Of a stretch of 64,000 nt of DNA, positions 1 to 13,321 are shown one piece after another. The position numbers and the translations under genes were made by a program. The notes below the pieces were generated by a model that made no database searches, was not told the DNA's origin, and saw only the letters and a program-made list of their open reading frames with translations. Within the stretch, counting starts at the first letter, position 1. Each line of letters starts with the position of its first letter. Source of the stretch: Moniliella sp. 'wahieum' (lineage: Eukaryota); the NCBI GenBank assembly GCA_003971905.1, contig RSEE01000010.1:868001-932000 (forward strand), read 5' to 3'.

Positions 1-83
1 GGTGGATCCCTAGGTCGACCCTAGGACAGACCTTTGAAACGCTGTCCCCCCTCACCACCATCAACCTCCACATCGACGCCGCC

Positions 84-1185
84 ATGGCAGCACCAACATC
101 GCTTGCCACGTGCTTCAGGTTACCAACGCTCAGGACCAGTGCCTTATTTTCGCCCGGGCGTCGCATGTTGGGCTCCAGCGCCCGCGTCTGCGCGCATGAC
201 AACCCGCTCGGTCTTCCTCGCAACACTGATCCGCCTGCCTTCCCGCGCCGAAGAGGCCCCGAGAAGCGCCGCATTCCACACGCCGCTACGTCGTCGCTGT
301 CTCCTCTGGAAAGGGGGGCGTGGGCAAATCCACTGTGGCGGCCAACTTGGCCGTGGCCTTATCCCTCTCCACCCCCAGTGGGCCAGCGCTTGGCCCCCTC
401 CCCCTGCCGGGCAGCGGCCTCGAGTGGGACTGCTCGACTTGGACGTTTTGGTCCCTCGGTACCAAGACTACTGGGGCTCAAGGACGCACCAGAGCCGGAT
501 TTGACACCGGCTGGGGCACTGGTGCCACTCAAGAGCCACGGGCTGAAGGCCATGTCGCTTGGGTTCTTGCTGCCTCCCTCCTCGGCGCTGCCGGGGATGG
601 ACAGAGCGAGGGAAACGAAGATACGCCAGTGGTTTGGCGAGGGATGATGGTAATGAAGGCCGTGCAGCAACTGCTTTTTGACGTGGACTGGCGTGGACCC
701 GAGTCGCTTTCTTTGCCCGCTGATGTTTCGGCACCAGGGGTGGACGTGTTGGTGATCGATATGCCACCTGGGACCGGGGATGTGGCCTTATCCCTGGTGC
801 AGTTGGCCGAAATCGACGCCAGCGTTGTTGTCTCGACTCCGCAAGAGGTGGCTCTTGCTGACGCGCGCAAAGGCCTGGCCCTGTTCCGGAAAACAGGCGT
901 GCCTGATCCGGGCCTGCTGCTCAACATGGCCCACCTCGTCCTGCCCGATGGCACCAAGAGTGAAATCTTTGGTTCGGCGACCAAGTTTGACGAGCTGGCT
1001 GCCCAGCTGGGTGCACCGTGCTCGGCCGAATCCCTATTGACCCCCAACTCAGTCCTGCAGCCGACCAAGGCCGGCCCGCTTCGTTGGACCTTCTGCATCC
1101 TACAACGGCGGGTGTGACGGCGCAAGCGTTTGCACATGTAGCACAGGATGTATGGCAGCTCCTGTTGAAGCCTAAGAAGGTGTGA
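84..1185 (+). CDS. IND1: Mitochondrial Mrp/NBP35-family P-loop ATPase (Ind1/NUBPL, Fe-S assembly for complex I); frameshifted in assembly
   Basis: Mitochondrial-type presequence, then HDNPLGLP, GKGGVGKSTVAANLA, DLDxFGPSVP, VVWRGMMVMKAVQQLLFDVDW, DVLVIDMPPGTGDV and VSTPQEVALADA spread over several frames; ends KPKKV-TGA at 1183-1185. Confidence 0.9.
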
Positions 1186-1205
1186 GTGGCACTCTTCCAT
1201 CCTTT

Positions 1206-3013
1206 TCACGCCCACGCATCCAGATCAGCACCTCCAATGTCCTCCATCTTGCCCTTGCGGCGAAAGGAAGGGTTATAATCCCCCCATACGCCGCGTGCAA
1301 TGCGGGCAGTGACCAGTTCTGCAATCGCCAGGCTGGACGTCAATCCCGGACTCTCAATCCCCAAAAGACTCACCAATGCTCCTGCTCCGGCATGATTGTG
1401 GGCGGCTGCATCGCGGGCGGGGCTCGAAGTAGGCCCGGGCTGGGAGATGGGCAAGGTGAATTGCCACAGGGGCTGGTCCTGCAGTCCTCGGGCAGCATGG
1501 AACAAGGGAAGGAAATCGACAAAGCCTGCCTCGCCCTGGGCAGGAGCTGAAGGTGGACCAATCAGTTTGGGTCGGATCCCCCCATAGGCCGGTGCCAGCT
1601 CTTGGGTAGCCAATGCAGGCAAATACAGATGGACATCTTCGCCCATCTGCTTCAGCTGGTCGCTCCCTTCGGCGAGGGGAGCAAGGTGGTCGGTCCAGTA
1701 GTCTGCCGCGTCGTCCCCCTCGTTGGGAGGGGAAAGCCATTCGCTGTCAGGGCCAAATCGAATGTTGCCTTGCAAATCAAGTGTGAGGTGGGCTGCAGTG
1801 CGAGCGTCAGCAGTCTGGTTAAGCAAGCGCAGAGGGAACAGGGGATAGACGTACTGCCCAACGACTGGTGGGAATACTTAGCCGCTCCCTCGGCCGTGGA
1901 ACCTCCAAAGTTGGGCGTGGGGTAGATCAAGTGCTTGACTTGACCCACACCGCCTGCCGAACGAGGATAGGAAGCATAGTTTCCCTTGCAATGCCACGCG
2001 GGTAGGTGCCCTTGTTCATTCAAGCGAATCAATCGTGCTCCGGATTTAGTCACTGCCGTCACTTCCCCAGGCAGGGTCGGGTTGGGTCCGGTACCCGAGC
2101 GCAGCAGCTGGTTCATCAGCAGGGGAGCATCGAGCCCCGCAGCATTGATTACCACCTTGGCCATGAGGACGTCAGCGGGAACACCTTCGGCCGCGGCTTC
2201 CTCCACGCTTCCTGTGATGGTCTGCAAGGCAAACCCATTTCCATTGCTCCCGTCGCTGTGAGCATGAATATCCACCACGCGAGTCCCAAGCACGAGTTCT
2301 GCGTTCTCCGCCGCGTCCAGTTGGTCCACTAGCGTTTGCATGTACGTGTGGCTGTCGATAATCCCCGTTTGGGGCGACAGGATGGCCGCGGTAATTTCGG
2401 AGCTCAGATCAGGTTCCAACTCCCGCGCTTGGTCTCCCGACAACTTCTCGAGCGGTGCGGGGACAAGGGGGACAAAAGTGTTAGACGCCTTGCTTTGGGG
2501 GGTTGGAGGGCCATAGTAGGGTGGGACCAAGAGATCTAAGCCCATCGGCAAAGAAGTTACATGGGCCAGCATCCGATCAAAATATGCCGGTTCGGTACCG
2601 ACCACAAGTTTGCCAACTTTTTGGATGGGAACCTGGTGCTGCTCACAGAATCGGTAGAGCAGCTCCCGCCCGCGCAGACACAGCGCCGTCTTGTACGATG
2701 CGGGGGGGTAGTACAGCCCCGCATGCACCACCTCCGAGTTGCGGCTACTGGTTTCCATGCCAACGTGGGCGTGACGCTCAAGGACATACGTACTCTTGGA
2801 GGGGAAGCGAGCAGCCAACGCTGCACCTACTGCCAGGCCCACGCGCCACCACCGACCACGACATGGTCCACAGCCACGTGCTCGCCCGAGCGGAACTGGC
2901 CCCGTACGGAAGCCCCGTACACCGGGGCACTGTCAAGAGGCGAGAGGAGGTGTGCAGACTCCGGATGCACTGAGCAATCGTCGTGGATGAGCGCCGGGGC
3001 GGGCGAGCAGCAT
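1206..3013 (-). CDS. L2HGDH: L-2-hydroxyglutarate dehydrogenase-like FAD-dependent oxidoreductase
   Basis: ETSSRNSEVVHAGLYYP, GKLVV, SPQTGIIDSH, VVINAAGL, KGNYASY, HLTLDLQGNIRFGPD, YGGIRPKL, LLGIESPGLTSSLAIAE; one intron at about 1793-1854. Confidence 0.9.
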
Positions 3014-3602
3014 GGCGGAGATGGTGGAGCTGAGGATGTAGAGGTCTCCGCCTGAGAAATGAGGAATGAGGCGGGTCAGTGCGCGGCTCGGCCAGCTCAA
3101 CATTTCAGTGGAGCACAATCTGGGGTAAACCCACCGGGGCTGCACCGGCCGATTTGGGCAACTGTGCAGGGGAAACCCGCCATCGTGCCTCAGGCTGAGG
3201 CCAAGCCCATCCAACCTCAGTAGCTGCTGATAACCAACTTCCAGAATCCATGGAACCCCATTCTCAAGATTGCACTACATTGCGAGGAACACATAGCCCG
3301 ATTCAGTCATACAAACCACACGTCATATCAATGTGCTCTGCAGCCAATATCCAAGATGGTCGCGAGGATGGAAATGATTGATCTTTTCCTTTCTAAAAGC
3401 AAGATACCGTTTCCATTCTCCCTTACACGCAGACGCAAGTATAGTACACGGGGATGGATTCGAAACGGAACCAAACGAAAATTGCTCTCATGTTGTTCAA
3501 ATGTATTATGGCGCGTAATTTCGTTCCGGGCTGGTGTCATCGCAATTCTGGGAGCGTCCGGCTTTTCGACTGCGGCGACGCATCGGAGGAAGCGTAGCTG
3601 TA

Positions 3603-4704
3603 TCAGAGGGCGCAGGTGACGGTGGTCTCTGCGGAGAAGCCGAAGGGAGGGGGGGGATAGGGTGCGAGGCGCGAGAAGAGTGACCTTTGCGGCGCTGAGA
3701 TCCATTGCTCTGGTGGAGGTGGTGGAGGGGGTGCGGATGTGTTGATGTTGCGTGTGGTATGGGAATGATGACGATGCCCCGAGGGCGTCGCATGCTTTGC
3801 TTTGGGCACCGCCGATTTTCCAGTCTGTACCGACCCAGCCTCGGCAGGTTTCCAAATCTCTTTGCGCCACCACCCCCACCCGGCGCCAGTGTAGAGCCAA
3901 AAGCGCCAGCCAGCGGACCGGCGCGCCTCCAGCCGTTCGGATCTGCGACGCTCAAACGCTGCCCGGTACCGCTCGTAACCTTGCCGGAACTTGACTGGAA
4001 CGCGTGAGGAAAAATGAGTTCTCCTCGGGGTTGGTAGAGGGGGGGATACCGGACAAGGGCATGACGTCTGCTGGCACCCCCGGCCGATCCAGCGGAGCCC
4101 GTTGATGCCAATGAAGAAGCGAAGGGGAACGGGGCAAAGTCAGTGTAGAGGCTGATCTTTCCTTTGGCTTTTTTTCTCCGCCAGGAGTGGGGGAAGCAAA
4201 TGGGAAGAAGAAGCGGGAAATAATGCCACGCTGGGGAGCGGTGCGCAAGTTGAGATGCATGTTCAGGTTTCGTAATGCGCGGTTAGCCTGTTGGCTGTAT
4301 CTGTAGGGGAGTAGAACCAGTTCGTAAGTTCGTAAGCGTGTCCCTGGAGTGAATAGCACGGAACCAACATACCTGTGGGATGCTACGATGCGGTCCCATA
4401 GAGACCCGAGACAAAGAAGAGACAGATTGACGTGCCCAAGAACAAGAAGGCGGAGGTAACAAGGTGGTCCAGAAAGACATTGCGGGTGGGGCGAACTGGA
4501 TGATGTAGGCCAGAGCAAGGCAGACGGTGATGCTGACACAAGCGTGCCCCAGCGGCGCTTGCGTTTGCGCAGACGCGAAGCGGACTGTTTGAGGCGCTCC
4601 TCAAAGATCAGCAGGTCGCGGTATGTTGCAGGCTCCGACGGCGGTCCGCGCGCCATGGAGCCGGGGCACTGCGGCGCCCCTTGTCCACCGGCGGCGGCAT
4701 CCAT
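3603..4704 (-). CDS. SPO7: Spo7-like regulatory subunit of the Nem1-Spo7 phosphatase
   Basis: TYRDLLIFEERLKQ, a hydrophobic TM pair (FLFLGTSICLFFVSGLY), RYSQQANRALRNLNMHLN, and FRQGYERYRAAFERRR after a frameshift; likely intron at about 4303-4372. Confidence 0.8.
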
Positions 4705-4947
4705 CGCTCGGGGGCTCGAGGCGGAGGTGGGGGTGGAGCGGTGGCAGGGGAATGGCCCCAATCGTCAGGTGGGGGTGGGCCGGTTTTGAAACAGGCAGTT
4801 ACATAATTTGGTGTCACCCCCCTTATTTTTATTGGGTGCGGCTTCGCTGGTAGGATCGGCTGGGCGCAGCGCATCTCAGATCGCACTTGCGACGGCCGCT
4901 ACCCCGCTCCCGCCACACTCGGCGAGCCGCACACGCCCACCACCCTC

Positions 4948-6119
4948 ATGTTCCGCCGGAAGCACAAGGAGCGCGACGCTGATGCTGCCGCTGGCCCGCC
5001 GCCACAGCCCAGCCGCAGGAGGCGCACGCCCACCCCCACCATCACCTCGGCCTCCTCCGCCACACCTCCCGTGAGCCCACCCGATCCAACACTAGCAGCC
5101 TGACTGCCGCGCCTATGCCCACCCCGGCCGCCCCGGTCACCTCAACCAACACCAACAGGCTGCGCTCGATTCTCTTCGCGCCAAAGCGTCGAGAGCAAGT
5201 TCTACGATCCCACTCGCCACGACGATGCGTGTCTCTGCCGTTTTTGAGGGCGCGAAAATGGGACCTGGATGCTACCTTTGCCATGTTTTCCGAGGCGGAG
5301 CAGTGGCGGCGTGATTTCAAGGTTGATGAGCTATACCAATCGTTTACCTTCCCAGAAAAGAGGCGGTCAACGAGCTGTACCCTCAGTTCTACCACAAAAC
5401 CGACAAGGATGGTCGTCCGGTCTACATCGAGCAACTGGGCAAAGTCGATCTCAAGGCGTTGTACAAGATCACCACGCCAGAGCGGATCATGCAGAAGCTT
5501 GTGGTTGAGTACGAAAAGTTCCAGCGCGAGCGCTTGCCCGTCTGCTCGTCCGAGCGAGAGGAATTGATCGAGACGAGTGCACGATCATGGATCTAAGAAC
5601 GTGGGTGTGTCGCAATTCTGGAAGTATCAGGGTACGTGCAACAGGCATCCAAGATTGGCCAGTACTACTACCCTGAGACGATGGGAAAGTTTTACATCAT
5701 CAATGCGCCCTACATTTTCACCACTGTTTGGGCTGTTGTCAAGGCCTGGCTCGATCCCGTCACGGTCGAGAAGATCAAGATTCTGGGGAATGGGTACGAG
5801 CGTGAGCTCGCCCAGCAGATTCCGCTCGAAAATCTTCCGGCCTTTGGGAGGCAAGTGCCGCTGTTCAGAAGGCTGCTCCTTGTCGAATGCCGGGCCATGG
5901 AACACCCCTCGTGGCGAGGCGATCATCCGCCAAGCAGAAGAGGACCGGCGCCACAAGGCCCTCCTATTCCGTGACAACGGGTCCAACGTCCAAGCTGCCA
6001 ACCTAGTAGCAAAGCAACCTCTGATCACATCTCTTTCATCAGTTGGCTCCGCTAGTTCGTCGACTGTGGACCCAGGGCAGCCGGGATTGGGGCAGCTGCA
6101 GGAGATGCCGAGCCTATGA
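4948..6119 (+). CDS. SEC14: Sec14 phosphatidylinositol/phosphatidylcholine transfer protein (CRAL-TRIO)
   Basis: [79 protein letters not shown]; multiple frameshifts. Confidence 0.9.
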
Positions 6120-6465
6120 CCAAGGTAGGCAGCGAGCATGCCGTCCAGCCCGCCGTCGACTTGCCAGCGGGTTGGCCGCAGATCCCCATGTGCCTTCTCA
6201 CGCTCGTCTGGGAAGTGGGGGTCCCATCGTCGCACCATGAAGAGTTAGATGGTGCTTTACGCTACATGCCCACTTGTTATGCATTGGTTCCGCAATCTAA
6301 TCCTATGTTGTCTCCGGCCCTGATGTTGATAGCGTCATTGATATTGGAGATTGTTCACTCGGCTAAAACCATCGCCCTTGACCACCTGTGGAAACCCTGG
6401 GGTGATGAGCAGTGAATCAATTTTGGCGTGAGTTGGGTGCAACGGCGATGGGATGGAGAGAGACA

Positions 6466-7457
6466 TTACTTTTTGGTCTTGGCACTGTCGGGATCCTCGG
6501 TGGCGCTGTTGAAAACAATGGTAAGCATGAGCAAAGGAAAAGAGAAAGGAAAGAGGGGACATACACATTGAGCAAAAGTGAATCGGCGTCGAGCATAATC
6601 TTGTTCCCGCTGGTGGACAAAGTCGAAGCGATTTCCCTCGCAGCCTCGAGCTTGCGCAAGGCCAAGAAGCCCTTGTTTTTCTTGAGCGTTCACCAATTAG
6701 CTCGGCCGAGCGGGCCTCACCTTGTGCCTTGACAATGATCGATTGCTTCTCCTGCACCGCCTGATCCACCAGGTAGGCGCCGTTGTGCCGTTTGCTGGGC
6801 AATCTGCTTAGCCTCAACCGCCGCGGTGAACTCGGGACTGAAGGCGACATGCGTGATGGAGACATCATCCAGTACGAGGTTGAACCGCCTGGCGCGGGTG
6901 GTGAGCGAATCCCGGACCAGACGCGACACCATCTCACGCTGAGTGATCAACTGGGACGCATTGAACTGCGCCACCACTGCCTTGAGCACCTCGTTGACGA
7001 TTGATGGCAGCACGCGCTCATCGTAGTCAGCACCCAGTTCACGGTACAAGGATGGCAACTGGTGTGCGTCTGGGCGCGAGAGCACACGGCAGGTGATGTT
7101 GACCATCTGCAGGTCCTTGGTGCCGGTCAAGGAGGCGATGCTGCGCGGCTTGGCACGCACGTCGTAGTCGATGGCATGCTCAAACCAGGGAATAAGGAAG
7201 TGTGTGCCCTCTGGATAGATGGTCGGCAGCACACCATGCACACGGCTGTACTTGATCGCCCGGTGACCACCATCGACATTGAAGAGCGACGCGTTGATGC
7301 CCACAGCGAGCGCGACCAGACCCACAATGGCACCCGTTCCGCCGAGCACACCCTTGGGGGCGCCCCGCCCGCCGCCAGGAAAGCGCCCACGACTGGCGCC
7401 CCTTGCTGTGTCCTGCATCCTGCGCATAAACTCGTCCATCGGCGACCGGGGTGGCAT
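6466..7457 (-). CDS. PHB2: Prohibitin-2
   Basis: [86 protein letters not shown]; terminal intron at about 6507-6566. Confidence 0.95.
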
Positions 7458-8292
7458 GGCGGTGGCCTGGAAAGCTGGGGGAAGCGACGTCAGCGCCAGC
7501 GCCCGCTTCGCTCAAGGCATTCAAAGCTGGGGCGCGCACGGATGGCGGGCACATTCCGAAACCCTACTGCCCCTGCCGTTCCGCCCTCGGCAAGAATGCG
7601 CTAGGGTTGCGCTAAAAATGCCAAAAAGAGTAGCTACCGTCGGTCTTGATCCGACGACCTGTGGGTCACAGAGTAACGTATGAGCCCACCGCTCTTCCGC
7701 CTGAGCTAGGTAGCTGCCGTGCAGTGGCGTTGGAATGTGGAGCTCCTTTGTGCAATGGATGTGATTGTCCGACCTGGATCTACGTCCCGTGTGGGTAAAC
7801 AGAACCAAGCAAGAAGACGGCAAGGAACATGTGAGAGACATGTGTGTTGTGGCGAGGCGGGGCATCCCTTCCTGCGAGGTGTGCTGCTCGGTCTGGCTCG
7901 GCTGGTCCGGGTGTAGGAGCAGGCGATGTGGCGGGAAGAGCGGCGGGTGATGCTGGTGTCGGATCGGCGGCAGAGACGGGCGGGCGAGTGCCGATCGAGG
8001 ACATCCCAGCGGGCTATGCAGCAGCAGCGCCTGGTAAAACAGCACTGGGGTAGACTGCCGCCGTGCCTTTTTCTCGGCCGCGCCGCCGCGCCGGCAGAGC
8101 AGACTGGATGAGTGAAAATCCGAATCCTGGTTGCCACTCATGTGGCGCACCTCCTCCCCTCTGCTCCACCACCCGCCTGCCCCCGCCGCCGCCCGCCGCT
8201 GCTCCCACGCACGCCGCCACCCCCACGCTCCCTCCGCTCCCCACCCCCTCCCCGTGCCTTGGGCCGGCAGCTGAGGCCTGGTGCGCACCACG

Positions 8293-9589
8293 ATGGGGAA
8301 CTGCCTCAGTAGCAAGCCCGACAGCGCCCCCTCCCACAGTCTGCGTCTGCGCCCGCCCAAGCTCGCACGCCAGCCACGCCAGCCACTGCTCCCGTATCGA
8401 CTCCTGCTTCCGCTCACCCCCCACCCCCACCGCAAGTCCAATGCTTCGCTCTCTAATGGCGCCTCGGCGCCCACCAGCAGCGCCGCTGCCGGTCGTCCCA
8501 AGCGCTCTTTCAAGCTCCTTCTCCTCGGGAGCGGCGAAAGCGGAAAAAGTACGATCAGCAAGCAGATGAAGATCATCCACAAAGACGGATTTAACCACTC
8601 GGAGCTACTTTACTACCGCCGGGTCATCGCCAAAAACCTGCTGGAATCCGCCCAGACGATCGCAGTGGCTCTGGTCAAGTACGATCTTCAGCCGCCCGAC
8701 GCCACCACGCGACAAGCAATTCAGCACATCCTCAATTTCACACCAAACCATCCACCTCCGCTCAGGAGCCCCAGTCGGACGCGGTTCTTTCGGAGCCCAA
8801 CAAAACTGAAGAGGGGCAGGAACCCTTGCCCGAGTCGCCCATACCCGTCGAGAACGATGCGGAGCCACCAAGACCGACAGCAGACGAATCCAACCCCTTG
8901 CCCCCCGATATGGGTGATTACGCCAGCCAGCTCTGGGCTTCCGACGTGACGCGCGCCTTCTGGACCAGTATGGGGACAAGTTCTACCTCATGGACAGTGC
9001 TCCCTACTTTTCGAGAACGCAGCACGTATCACCCAGCCTGACTATCTGCCTACAACGACGACGTGCTGCGAGCGCGCTCCAGAGCACAGGGATCACCGAA
9101 ACGACGTTCGCCATGGGAAATTTGCTCACCACTCTTTGATGTGAGGCCAACGCTCTGAGCGTCAAGTGGATCCACTCGTTCGAAGCAGTGACTTCCATCA
9201 TCTTTTGTGTCGCCATCTCCGAGTACGATCAGGTTTTGCTGGAGGATCCAACCCAAAATCGGTTGGACGAGTCCCTGGTGTGTGTTCGAGTCGGTGGTCA
9301 ACTCGCGTTGGTTTGCCGTTCGTGTCATTTCTTTCTCAACAAGGTGGATGTGTTCCGGAAAAAAATTCCTCGCGTGCCGCTGGAAAACACTTATTCCGAC
9401 TATACCGGCGGACCGGATGTGCAAAAGGCGGCCCGGTACGTGCTCTGGCGCTTCACCCAGCTCAACCGGGCCAAACTGCCCATCTACCCCACCTCACTCA
9501 GGCTACCGACACAAGGGCATCGAACAGGTGTTTATTGATGTGAAGGATACCATTGTTCAGAATGCACTGCGAGCACGGCTCTTCTATGA
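8293..9589 (+). CDS. Heterotrimeric G-protein alpha subunit, Gpa3/Gpa2 (group III, cAMP)-like, divergent
   Basis: MGNC lipidation motif, [89 protein letters not shown]; stop position approximate. Confidence 0.92.
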
Positions 9590-10285
9590 CCCAACCCCAT
9601 TTTCCCCGCCCTGCCCCGCGAACCAGCACCGACAAGTTCACCCACCCATTGTCGCCCCGCTCCGTCCTCATGTGCTTCGGTCAGCACGTGTGTCTCTCTC
9701 TCCCCCCCCTCCCTTTCTTCGTTTCTTGCACCTACCGCCTACCACGGCCTTGTCGTACCAATATTTTCGCTCTTGTCCAACCTGTGTGTCACCTAAATCC
9801 ATCGTCAGCGCTTGTGGGACCCATTGCTTCTTCCTCTTCCACATAGCCTGAGCGTTTCCACAAGCGTTTCCATGGGACTGCCAATGTCAAAGCGCGCAAT
9901 TGCGCATTCAGCTTTAAGTTATGTGACGTTACGCCCCAGGAGGTATGCGAGGGTATGCTCCATCGGCACCTCTCGGTTTTGCGATCGACAACGTTCCCAC
10001 TATTTCACCGATCCAGCCCCTTTCGACGTGGAGAAACACTCTTCCGAGGCCGCCTGAGGGCTGGTACTGGAGTGATTGCAGTGGAAGGACGTGTAGTATA
10101 ATACGCGCATAGTTTGGTGACTTTCGTAGAACTTCGAGTAGACACCGTCTCTAGGTACTTGGTTACTTTTGATTAGCTCTCAACTTGCCTGGCCAGGACC
10201 TGGCCTCAGGGCTCAGTGAGGTCTGAGGGGCCCCATACCGGAGATCTGCAGAAAAGGCTCATCATGTTACCGCGTGATCATGTTG

Positions 10286-10310
10286 CCGGTTACCGGTTAC
10301 CGGTTACCGG
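10286..10310. repeat. (TACCGGT)n 7-bp tandem repeat of a palindromic hexamer
   Basis: ccggt-taccggt-taccggt-taccgg. Confidence 0.85.
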
Positions 10311-11498
10311 AGGTATACACGCCAACATGTTAGCAAGAATTAACCTCAAAGCTGAGCTCCAACCTTGAGCCTTTCCCCCTAGGTCACCAGGGTCACCAGA
10401 GTCTCCGGGTCACCTCTGGGATCTGGACCCTTTCGGATCCTCACAATCAAAGGGTAACGAAAAAAGGTTAATTGAGGAGTGGCTAAAATATACGCCGAGC
10501 GGCCCACGTCCCATGTCGCACGTCTCGAGGGATTAATTGGTTGAACGTTGATGATCGATGATCAGTCTGATCGATCATCGATGATCGTCGATCGTCTGTA
10601 GGTTGGAATCACTCGTCCCGTCTGGCACTAGAGGACACTTCACTAGGGCGGATGGATGTCCTACCGCAGACAGGCCTAGTGGGTTCGACGTTGGCATGTC
10701 GATCCCCCTGCTCGGTGTGGATTGCTCTACTGAAGTTGTTAGTCAATCCGGGGCCCAATTGGGTTCAAATCACCACAAGAGCAGCCCGACGGACCCGACC
10801 ACACCAAGGTGTTGGGATCATTGTTGGAAGTGGAGACGACGTCAGTGGGTCTCAATCCACGCCCAAAGGGGAAATTCATCGTGTCGTATAAGCGCTCCGA
10901 ATGCCCAGACAGGAAAGGCAGTGCTTCTCAGATCTCAGTTTTTCCTTGCTCTTTTCCCGTGTCTTTCTTGTCAGCTTGGTTGGGTGGAAGTAGATCGGCA
11001 CCGGGAGTCGTATGTCCTGAACGCACAGCCAAAACCTGTATATATCAAGTGCCGACTCTGATGGTCTCTCTCTCACTTGTCAGAACGCCGTGATCGCGCC
11101 CACTTTTGCCGTCACCACCACTGCCTTCCTATCACTAGTCACTTCTCACAGAGCTGGTCTCTGTGCATTTTCCCCGACCTGACCGGCCTGACCCTTCATC
11201 CGTACCCCATCCCCCTTTTCACCCCCTTCTCCCTCGGCCGGCCCGAATTACCTTCTAACCTCGTCCTCTGGACGTACTTACAAGCTAAGCCACTTCCACT
11301 GCGAGGACAACGGCATCACCTCTTCTCGAGCTTGTGCTTCCCCCTCCTCATCGTCGGCGCAGCAATTATACCTTCTGAGCATCACACCTCCTGTCCTTCT
11401 CCAACATTTCGCCAGGCTGGTTCTGAGCGACATCGTATTCTTCCCATACTTGGCTCCTCCCAACCCTCACCACCCACCCAGTCTTCCGTTTTCAAGAG

Positions 11499-12988
11499 AT
11501 GCGTGTCCTTCGTTGCCTAGCATGGATCGCTATGCTTTCCGGGGCAGTTGAGTCTGCTCCGGTTGGGCGCCGCCTTGACCCGTCCACCTTGGTACAACGA
11601 CGGGAAACTGGCCAGTCATCTCTTGGCCTCCGAGGGCGAGGAAATGATGCATCGGGCGCGCTCCACGCCGCCCTGGTCGGAGCCATTGCACAAGACAAAG
11701 TCAGGAAGGGCAAGAAGGGCAAGAAGGGCAACAGGAAAACCCAAGGCCGGCTGACACCAGCTACCGTAAACCAAGGCGTCAACATGGGCTTCAATTTGTC
11801 TCTGGTGGCCCAACGGGCTGAAGAAATGTCCCAGCACAGCTGGGAGTACGGGACGACAACCGAGCTCTACCTTGAGCTCTACAACCCAAGCCATGCTGTT
11901 TTCGGCAAGCAGGCGTTCCCTCATGGCTCCCTCCCTTCCCTCGCCTCTTCCCCTGCTTTGACCTATGCCAGGCAGCACATCTCCCTCGACGCGGGGGAAA
12001 ATGGAGGGGACTTGGCGGACGGACAAGGCTCCTCAGGGGACCCATGCTCGTTGGGCATGGCAGCCTTGCTGTTGGGCGTGAAGAATGACTCGTATACCCT
12101 GGCTGCCAAGCGTCAACTTGGTAACCTCCTTTCTTCCCCCAGCTACGCTGATGGCACCCTTAGCTCGCGCTCATCAGAGTTGTCCCTCTGGGCCGATTGG
12201 ACAGTATGTTCACCCCCTCCCCCCCTTCTGTGGCGCAGATCTGACGGACGGATTTTCTTGTACAGTATATGGCTCCTCCCTTTATGGCGTACGCGGCGGT
12301 AGCCTCGTCCAACCAGAGTTTGATGCAGGAGACGGTACGGCAGCTGGAGGGGTACTCGAAGCACTTGGCCTTTCGCGACACGGGCAACGCCGCCCCCCTA
12401 GCCAAGGGCTTGTGGCGACACATTTCCGGCTCGGCGTCCCAGTCCCCGGGGCTGTGGACAACGGGCGAGACGTGGGCGTTGAATGGGATGGTACGTGTGC
12501 TGGCCACCTTGGCTCGGTACCCTGGTTCGCCCAGTTGGATCGAGCCGTTGCAAACCTCGGTCACGGCCTTGGTCGAGGGCATCCTCGCCCCTCTCGCCGC
12601 GTGTGCACAGGTGGGCCAGTCCATCGACCCCGCCAATGGCTTGTTGCGCGGCTGCCTCGTCGGCGGACCTAAGGGCGTCAAGGATACTACCCCCACCTGG
12701 GGCGGCGAAGTGGCTGGCACAGCAGGTGTGGTCGCCGCCGTGTACCGCTACGCCGTCCTGCAGTCTGCCGCGGGCGAGGCCGTCAACCCAGCCTACCTCA
12801 CGCTCGCTACGCAGCTGCGCCAAGCCGTCGCCCAGCACGTCTCCACCGACGGCTACGTTGCCCCGTCCATCAACCCGTACGCTTGGACCAGCCCAGCGTA
12901 CGTGTCTCGGTCCCCGGAAGCGCAAGCGTTTGTGGGCTTGATGGGCGCGGCGTACCGCGATTGTGTTTTGGCCAAAGTATGTCAATAG
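11499..12988 (+). CDS. Secreted six-hairpin glycosidase, GH105/GH88-like (unsaturated uronyl hydrolase family)
   Basis: Signal peptide MRVLRCLAWIAMLSGAVESA and dibasic sites; HSWEYGT, GDPCSLG, LWADWT|YMAPPF across intron 12204-12265 (GTATGT..CTGAC..CAG), GLWRHI, WTTGETWALNGMVRVL, SPEAQAFV. Confidence 0.75.
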
Positions 12989-13321
12989 ACGCACATATAT
13001 ATAGTCGTTATTTAACTGTATTCTATACCACTCGACCATCACTAAGTAGTCGTTCCCACTGTGCTGTCCCCCGCCACAGCGGCCAAACGATGGTCATTAG
13101 GACTGAGGACTTGGAACTAGCTCCCCAGTGCAGGGGACTCAACACAGGAGCGTGACGCGTGACGCCGACAACCAAACGGCAAACGAAAGAAAAATACAAG
13201 GGGCAGCAGAGCCCACTATAGTGGATCTTGGTACAGGGCAAAGAAAAGCGCTTCCGGGGGAGGAAGGCACCAAGCGGCCCAGGGTTTCAAACCTCGTGGG
13301 CCGATGAGGCACGGCGGTCCC

